Origin: Chitinispirillum alkaliphilum
GTDB taxonomy: Bacteria; Fibrobacterota; Chitinivibrionia; Chitinivibrionales; Chitinispirillaceae
Reading direction: 5' to 3'
DNA: 32,000 bases
Assembly (NCBI GenBank): GCA_001045525.1
Contig: LDWW01000005.1
Coordinates: 92,919-124,918 of the forward strand
Positions 26,322 through 32,000 of the stretch are shown here, one piece after another. The notes beneath the pieces were generated by a model. That model made no database searches. It was not told the DNA's origin and saw only the letters and a list, made by a program, of their open reading frames with translations. A program made the position numbers and the translations under genes. Each line of letters begins with the position of its first letter. The stretch's first letter is position 1.

Positions 26322-26480
26322 GTAGCTGTGCAAGCCCTTTCCTGAGAAGTGATTAGGTCAAAAAGAACAATCTGAAATAATTAGAGCAAACAGTGAGCTC
26401 ATTCAACCCGTTCAGCGCAGTGGCACATCAGTTGAATGGAGTAACTCAGAACAAACAAATTAAAACACTGCAGGCAAGAA

Positions 26481-27122
26481 ATGAATACCCTGTCCAAAAA
26501 AAGATTGTACCTTACCTTAGAATTTGTGCTGCTTTTTCTCATAATTCCCGGTGCAATCTGTATGGAGCTGATTGTCTGGCCTAAAATGGGTATTTTGGCT
26601 CTGTTTACACTAATCTGTACGGGTATACTTTTGGGTGATTCCCAATTCCGGAAAAACCTAAAGGAGGTAAAAAAAAGGAGGATCCACAGGGGGGCGAATC
26701 TGAAAATTATCTTAATCAGGTTTTCCCTCTTTGCACCGCTGCTGATAGTGATAACCCTGATTGTGGAGCCAGAGGAGCTGTTTATATTCCCCAGAAGTGA
26801 ATTTTTCACCTGGATAGTAACTTTGCTGCTCTATTCCCTTTTCTCTGCATACCCTCAGGAACTCATATACAGAACATTTTTATTCCATCGCTATAAATCG
26901 CTTTTCTCCAGCGCGGGGATGATTGTTTTAGCCAGCAGCGTAACTTTTGGCTATATGCATCTGATATATGAGAATTTCATAGCGGTTTTTCTCACCCTCT
27001 TAGGGGGGTATATTTTCAGCCACACCTACCTTAAAACCAACTCCCTTTTAATCACCGGCCTTGAACACTCTCTGTATGGTGGTTTCATTTTTACCGTAGG
27101 ACTTGGAAGTTATTTCATGTAG
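26481..27122 (+). CDS. CPBP-family (CAAX protease / Abi-like) intramembrane protein
   Basis: Polytopic 213-aa protein with the three CPBP motif positions: PQELIYRTFLF (EExxxR-like), FGYMH (FxxxH) and LEHSLYGG (HxxxN-like). Confidence 0.7.
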   Translation: MNTLSKKRLYLTLEFVLLFLIIPGAICMELIVWPKMGILALFTLICTGILLGDSQFRKNLKEVKKRRIHRGANLKIILIRFSLFAPLLIVITLIVEPEELFIFPRSEFFTWIVTLLLYSLFSAYPQELIYRTFLFHRYKSLFSSAGMIVLASSVTFGYMHLIYENFIAVFLTLLGGYIFSHTYLKTNSLLITGLEHSLYGGFIFTVGLGSYFM

Positions 27123-27131
27123 AATTGCACT

Positions 27132-27656
27132 CTACCGGATCATATCCTGCCGTTCAGGACAAAACTGTGCCCTTTGACAGTGAGTGCAATAGTAGCCCAT
27201 CCACACTTTATCAAACTGATCCATTATACTCTTAAGCAGCTCCGGGGAATCGGTAATAAACCCGCATTCGAAATTTCTCCTGTTCTCACCTTTTGCGCCC
27301 ATCCCCGCGCCTGTAAGATTTGCGCTTCCGGAATACGCAAAAACCCCGTCTATGATCACAAATTTAAAATGGACCCGCGGGCACAATAACCGCTCAAGAC
27401 CAAAGATCAAAGGGGGATAGCGGTCGAAATCGGTTCTGAATGCGTTCCCGGGTTCTTTGGCGTGGACGAGTCTGACCATCACACCTTTTTCAATAAGTCC
27501 TGAAAGCACCTCTAAAAACGGAATCATTTTTCTGCCGCTGTGAACATGGAGATCTTTGAGATCACTGGTGGCAATCCAGATAAACTTTTTTGCCCTTGGA
27601 ACACGATCAAGCAGTACCGATTTGTAGATGTCGCTGTTGTAGATGAGTTCAAACAT
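27132..27656 (-). CDS. Phospholipase D-like / Nuc-like single-HKD domain protein
   Basis: The HKD motif is read as HFKFVIIDGVFAYSGSANLT (HxK-x4-D-x6-GSxN). The size (~174 aa) is that of single-domain Nuc-type members. The C-terminal segment YYCTHCQRAQFCPE carries three Cys and one His. The ATG at 27656 is preferred over the TTG at 27662. Confidence 0.75.
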   Translation of the reverse strand: MFELIYNSDIYKSVLLDRVPRAKKFIWIATSDLKDLHVHSGRKMIPFLEVLSGLIEKGVMVRLVHAKEPGNAFRTDFDRYPPLIFGLERLLCPRVHFKFVIIDGVFAYSGSANLTGAGMGAKGENRRNFECGFITDSPELLKSIMDQFDKVWMGYYCTHCQRAQFCPERQDMIR

Positions 27657-27859
27657 CAGCAAAGCCCGGAAAAAGAGTTGGTTTTAGATAAATATAGTTG
27701 GATACAGTTTAGGCTACAAAGGGAACCATTAGGTGATCGAGGCGGAGAGGGGGTATGATTGCTCAAACAGAAGTGATGAATATTAAAAACCGGCAACACA
27801 GGTACATTATTTGTTTCCTCTGTATTGTATCACCATAGTTTGAGAAACGGAGTGACAAC

Positions 27860-28177
27860 ATGGAAAAAATAAAGATCACTATTGCCATTATACTCATATT
27901 CTGCTTTGTATCATGGGGGAAAATCCTGGTTGTTGTGTCCGATGATGGGTTTTCCTACAAAGTGGTTCAGAACTGTGAGGTGACCATTTATGATGAAGAG
28001 GGGGAGATTGTCTTCTATGGCTATACCAATGTGCATGGAAGGGTTCAGGCTAAAAATTTAAGTACCGGCAGCTACAATGCACGAGTAAGAGTATTCAGCA
28101 GAAGACACAACTTTGATCTTGAAATAGAAAACCCTGAGGGTATCGATACGCTGTTCATACCGGTGCAGAGGCACTGA
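27860..28177 (+). CDS. Small exported/anchored protein with carboxypeptidase-regulatory-like (prealbumin-like beta-sandwich) character
   Basis: 105 aa with an N-terminal hydrophobic signal/anchor (IKITIAIILIFCFVSWG). It then reads VTIYDEEGEIVFYGYTNVHGRVQAKNLSTGSYNARVRV, typical of CarboxypepD_reg-like domains. GGAG lies 8 nt before the ATG. Confidence 0.5.
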   Translation: MEKIKITIAIILIFCFVSWGKILVVVSDDGFSYKVVQNCEVTIYDEEGEIVFYGYTNVHGRVQAKNLSTGSYNARVRVFSRRHNFDLEIENPEGIDTLFIPVQRH

Positions 28178-28379
28178 GCTTTTGATTAAGGAGAGCTGCG
28201 CGTAAAAGAGAAAATTACAGGTGAAGGTATACGTTGCATAACCTTATTTCCGGAAACCGGTATGAAAGCAATTATGAAAGGACTTCTCCGTTTGCAATCA
28301 TACCGACCTGTAACTCCATCAACAGTTTGAACCTGCAGATCCAAACCCATTACCTATAAAACGATGAATTTGAGAATTA

Positions 28380-31300
28380 TCACTTAAGGCTCTTTAATGT
28401 AAAAACAAATGTACTTCCGTGTCCCACTTGTGATTCTACCCGGATCTGCCCGCCATGGGTTTCAATGATATCTTTGGAAATGGAGAGTCCGAGCCCACTT
28501 CCTTCACCAGGTTTCTGTTCCTCCTTAATTCTGTAGAATTTTTCGAAAATTTTATCAATATGCTCAGCTGCGATACCCGGACCATTGTCCCTAACCCTTA
28601 CTTCTCTTCCATCTTGTATGCCCCGGATCTCAACCTGTACTAAGGTGCCGTATCTGAGTGCATTTTCTATAAGGTTTACAAACACCCGGCGTACTTTATC
28701 AGAATCACAGGGAAATGGAGTTCTGCCCTCCTCATCACTTGAGAGTGTTACCTTTTTGTCGTGTGGAACATTGATGCTGTGTATTACATCTAAAGCGAGT
28801 TTTTCAAGTGATATCGTCTCCTGCTTCAATTCACTCTCCCCTGATTCGATTTTTGAAACATCAAGAAGATCCGCTGCCAGCTTTCCCAGCCTGCGCGCCT
28901 CCTTTTCGATGATCTGTAAGTACTGGTTCTGAAGGTCCTCCTCCAGTGCTATGTCTGGGGAAAGTAACGTTTGTGCGAACCCTAAAACTGAGGTTATGGG
29001 AGTTCGAAGTTCATGGGAGGCCATTGAAACAAATTCAGTTTTCATCTTGTCAATGTCTGTAAGGCGCTTGTTGGTTTCGGACAACTGTTTGTTTACGTGT
29101 TTTAGTTTTTCCTGATACTGTAAGGAGGCAGCCTGAGCATTTTTCAGTTCGGTAATCTCTGTAGCAGTTCCAATTGCCTGGTAAACTGTCCCATTATCTC
29201 TTCTTGCAAATGGTGTATCCTGACTTAAAAGAAACCGCCAGTTTCCTTTCACATCCCTGATTCTGTATTCGACTTTTACAATCATCCCATCCGGAGCATT
29301 TCTGAGTATCTCAAAATGCTTCAGAATGTCAGGTAGATCTTCAGGATGGATTAAAGCAGACATGTGTTTTGAGAGCATTTCATTGAACTGCTCGGTACCG
29401 TATCCCAGGATTTTTTCTATTTTGTCGTTTTGATAAACGGTAATCTGTTTTTCGAAATCGAATATGAAAAGTATGTTTGGATTTAAATCGAAAATTCTTT
29501 GGATAAACTCTTTCTGCTTAACTATTTGCTGCATCTGTATTCGTTCTTTTTCCTGAGCTTTTTTTACATCTGTGACATCTCTTTGTGTTCCCCATGCCCG
29601 AACCAAACAACTACCATTAACTATTGCAAACATATTATTTGTGAAATAGTGCTGATTTCCATGACGGTCAAATTCGCTGGTGACTGCGTCGCTGATTTTA
29701 TACCCGTTTTTAATGAAACGATACATGACTTCCCGGTTAACGGGATAATCCTTGTTACCAAAGAGTTTGAACAGTGACAGCCCCCTGAGCTCTTCTCCTG
29801 TTTTATAGCCATACATCTGAGCCAGTGAATCATTGGCTTCTTCTATTGTGGCGTTGTTGTAAAGCAGATCTGTTTGAATTTCGGGTGAAAGGGAGGTTTC
29901 AAAGGGTGGTTTAAATTCCAATCTGAATATCCCATCGGAGGTTTGTTGCATAAAGGTCCTGTAACGCTCTTCACTTAACGCCAGCTGTTCATGTGCCTGC
30001 TTTCGTTCCGTTATATCCAGAACCAGTCCTAACAGCCGCAACGGCTCACCATTAGTATCGTACTTGACGATTTTTCCTTTGCTTAAGACCCATACAACTT
30101 CTCCTTTAGAGCTTAATACCCTGTGTTCAGCCTGATACCGCTCACTCTTTCCCTCCAGGTGCTTATATAAAAGTTTAAAAACCATCTCCTGATCTTCGGG
30201 ATGGATAAGGTTTTTTATTCCCTCCAAATTTGCTGGAAGATTTTCCGGTGGAGTTTTTGTAATTCTGGCAAATCTTTCGTTAAATTGAAGAGCTCCATTT
30301 TTAATATCCAGACTATATATCCCAAGTTCTGCACCATCGATGGCAAGTTCAAGACTGTTTTTACTTTCAATAACCTGCTGCTGAAGCAGGTATTTCTCTG
30401 TAATATCTGAAAATGTAAAAACAACACCCTTAACTGTACCTGTCTCGTTAGTAACCGGAGCGGCTGAATCGGAGATGTGATATCTTTTCCCATCACGTGA
30501 AATGAGGAGTGTATGGTTTTCTAAACCATACACTTCACCTGTTGAGAGAACTTCTTTAACCGGGTTTACAATTTTTTGACCTGTTTCGGAATTAATCAGA
30601 TTCAAAATGGAGGAGATATCTTTCCCCTCAGCCTCCTCGCTTGCCCAGGAAGTAAGCCTTTCGGCTTCACGGTTCATTCTAACAATAGCACCATTTTTAT
30701 CGGTAGAAATTACCCCATCACCAATAGATTTTAATGTGATCCGCAGATCTTCTTCACTTGATTTTAACCTCTGCTCAGAAAGCTTTAAGTCGGTAATGTT
30801 AATTGCTGTTTCAAGGACCTGCCTTACTTTTCCATTATCATCTCTTTTAAAGGGTATCGCGTAATTTTTAAACCATAACCATTGGCCATTGGCATTCTTT
30901 ACCCTAATCTCTTTACAGTATGTTTTATCTTCGGCCGCACGGAATAAAGCTTCCTGTATTATCCCTATTTTGGGCAGATCCTCGGGATGAACAATTGATG
31001 ACAAAACAGAGGACCCCATATTGGCTACAGTGTCTGTGGTGTAGCCGAGGATATCCCTTACGGCATCATTTATGTAGACAATACTCTGAGTTTTTAAATC
31101 GGAGATAAATGTCAGATTGGGACTCAGGTTTAAAACTCTGGAGGTAAACTGTTTCTGTTCAAAAATTTCTTTTTCAAATCTTTTGCGCTCTGTAACATCT
31201 GCAATAAGTCCGGTGAAACTTCTCACAATACCCTCTTCATCGGCAATCAGTTTCCCCCTTGCCTCAACCCAGACACGTTCATTTTTACCTTTAATAAGCA

Positions 31301-32000
31301 TGTGTTCATTTATGAATTCAGCAGATGTGTCCTTTGCCTCAATGAACAGATCAGCTTGAGATCGTACCTTATCCCTGAACTTTTCAGTCACAAACTGAAA
31401 GTAGTTTTCGATACTGCCGTTTATGGTTTCTGCAGTTTTTGCTGTAAATCTTTCGATCTGGGGACTCCATTGCACCGTGTTGTCGGCCAGATTCCAATCC
31501 CACAAAGCCATTCCGGAAGCCTCAAGGCCGCGACTAAGCTGCTCCCGGCTTATCTGTATGCTCTTTTCCAGCTCTATCCTTGAGAGACCAAAGCCTATAT
31601 CATCTGATACTTCCAAAAGAAGGTTTGACTCTTCTTCGGTCCCTTCGATTTTTTCGGCCATAAGCAGTCCCAAAATACCAGCTACAGAGTTCTGCTCACG
31701 TATACTCACCATCATCAATGTTCTATTCAATTTATCACACTTTAAAACACACCTTTTGCACTCTTCACTCTTTGTCAGATCCAACACAAACACATCTTTG
31801 CTCTTTAGGACACTTTTCAAACAAAATGGAAGTGTTTCTCCATTGACCTTATAAACAAGATCTTCAAACCCTTCCAGATCCCCGCTGAATGAGTATTGCT
31901 TTGTATTTAAATCCTTATCTAAAAGGGTGATCCAGACTGCTGAAAACTGCGACACAGTACAGAGAATGTCACAGGCTTCATTAATTAGTTTTGTCTCGTT
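28380..32000 (-). CDS. Multi-sensor histidine kinase (N-terminal GAF-like region, six PAS/PAC modules, HisKA, HATPase_c); 5' end beyond the right window edge
   Basis: H-box SHELRTPITSVLGF, N-box FVNLIENALRYG, G1 DNGPGI and G2 GSGLGLSISKDIIETHGG. There are six PAS/PAC-like repeats, each ending in a D(I/V)T(E/D)(R/L/K)K-type junction. The track starts at GTG 31955, but the frame stays open upstream for all 15 remaining codons (NETKLINEACDILCT-VSQF...), so the gene is truncated by the window. No TM segment is seen in the window. Confidence 0.9.
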   Translation of the reverse strand, partial: NETKLINEACDILCTVSQFSAVWITLLDKDLNTKQYSFSGDLEGFEDLVYKVNGETLPFCLKSVLKSKDVFVLDLTKSEECKRCVLKCDKLNRTLMMVSIREQNSVAGILGLLMAEKIEGTEEESNLLLEVSDDIGFGLSRIELEKSIQISREQLSRGLEASGMALWDWNLADNTVQWSPQIERFTAKTAETINGSIENYFQFVTEKFRDKVRSQADLFIEAKDTSAEFINEHMLIKGKNERVWVEARGKLIADEEGIVRSFTGLIADVTERKRFEKEIFEQKQFTSRVLNLSPNLTFISDLKTQSIVYINDAVRDILGYTTDTVANMGSSVLSSIVHPEDLPKIGIIQEALFRAAEDKTYCKEIRVKNANGQWLWFKNYAIPFKRDDNGKVRQVLETAINITDLKLSEQRLKSSEEDLRITLKSIGDGVISTDKNGAIVRMNREAERLTSWASEEAEGKDISSILNLINSETGQKIVNPVKEVLSTGEVYGLENHTLLISRDGKRYHISDSAAPVTNETGTVKGVVFTFSDITEKYLLQQQVIESKNSLELAIDGAELGIYSLDIKNGALQFNERFARITKTPPENLPANLEGIKNLIHPEDQEMVFKLLYKHLEGKSERYQAEHRVLSSKGEVVWVLSKGKIVKYDTNGEPLRLLGLVLDITERKQAHEQLALSEERYRTFMQQTSDGIFRLEFKPPFETSLSPEIQTDLLYNNATIEEANDSLAQMYGYKTGEELRGLSLFKLFGNKDYPVNREVMYRFIKNGYKISDAVTSEFDRHGNQHYFTNNMFAIVNGSCLVRAWGTQRDVTDVKKAQEKERIQMQQIVKQKEFIQRIFDLNPNILFIFDFEKQITVYQNDKIEKILGYGTEQFNEMLSKHMSALIHPEDLPDILKHFEILRNAPDGMIVKVEYRIRDVKGNWRFLLSQDTPFARRDNGTVYQAIGTATEITELKNAQAASLQYQEKLKHVNKQLSETNKRLTDIDKMKTEFVSMASHELRTPITSVLGFAQTLLSPDIALEEDLQNQYLQIIEKEARRLGKLAADLLDVSKIESGESELKQETISLEKLALDVIHSINVPHDKKVTLSSDEEGRTPFPCDSDKVRRVFVNLIENALRYGTLVQVEIRGIQDGREVRVRDNGPGIAAEHIDKIFEKFYRIKEEQKPGEGSGLGLSISKDIIETHGGQIRVESQVGHGSTFVFTLKSLK

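Noticed and set aside
26398-26441. Inverted repeat ATTCAAC (26401-26407) / GTTGAAT (26431-26437) in the antiporter/CPBP divergent promoter region as an operator
   Set aside because: It is a single 7-bp stem with a 23-nt spacer, has no second copy in the window and matches no known motif. The support is insufficient.

Overview
This 32-kb window looks like mostly core chromosome of a diderm bacterium. GC is moderate by eye, and clear Shine-Dalgarno sites (AGGAG, AAGGAG, GGAGG) precede several genes. I cannot assign a taxon without a database search.

Gene content, left to right:
- Minus-strand OMP-MFP-RND efflux operon. The pump runs off the left edge and is absent from the ORF track; I translated it by hand.
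- 6-phosphofructokinase, then hisD.
- Divergent recA-alaS, followed by a GGGP-synthase/PcrB-family prenyltransferase and an NmrA-like protein.
- A sensor-less histidine kinase and an adenylate-forming ligase.
- A WecA/MraY-type (GT4) phosphoglycosyl transferase with a long C-terminal extension, plus a tail-anchored receiver-like protein.
- A possible TIM-barrel protein and a DUF2254-like membrane protein.
- An uncharacterised bicistron: a coiled-coil poly-Q protein and a highly charged protein.
- A cation/H+ antiporter fused to a PTS EIIA (Ntr/Fru-type) domain.
- A CPBP-family membrane protein, a single-HKD PLD/Nuc-like protein and a small exported beta-sandwich protein.
- A GAF plus six-PAS histidine kinase that runs off the right edge.

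I saw no tRNA, rRNA, transposase, integrase, CRISPR-cas or recognisable defence or toxin cassette.

The most unusual element is non-genic. At 23695-24072 there is a hierarchical tandem array of three full units (112, 113 and 122 bp) plus a partial fourth.
- Each unit is bounded by about 17-nt reverse-complementary arms, themselves made of a CACGAAA heptamer at 9-bp period.
- Each unit carries a length-conserved 16-codon mini-ORF on the minus strand.
- The array sits between the antiporter terminator and the orphan bicistron.

I could not assign the array to any element class I know, and I offer it as the best candidate for something undescribed. A REP/BIME-like explanation remains open.

All functional calls rest on motif and family recognition by eye. 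No similarity search, RNA folding or statistics were run.
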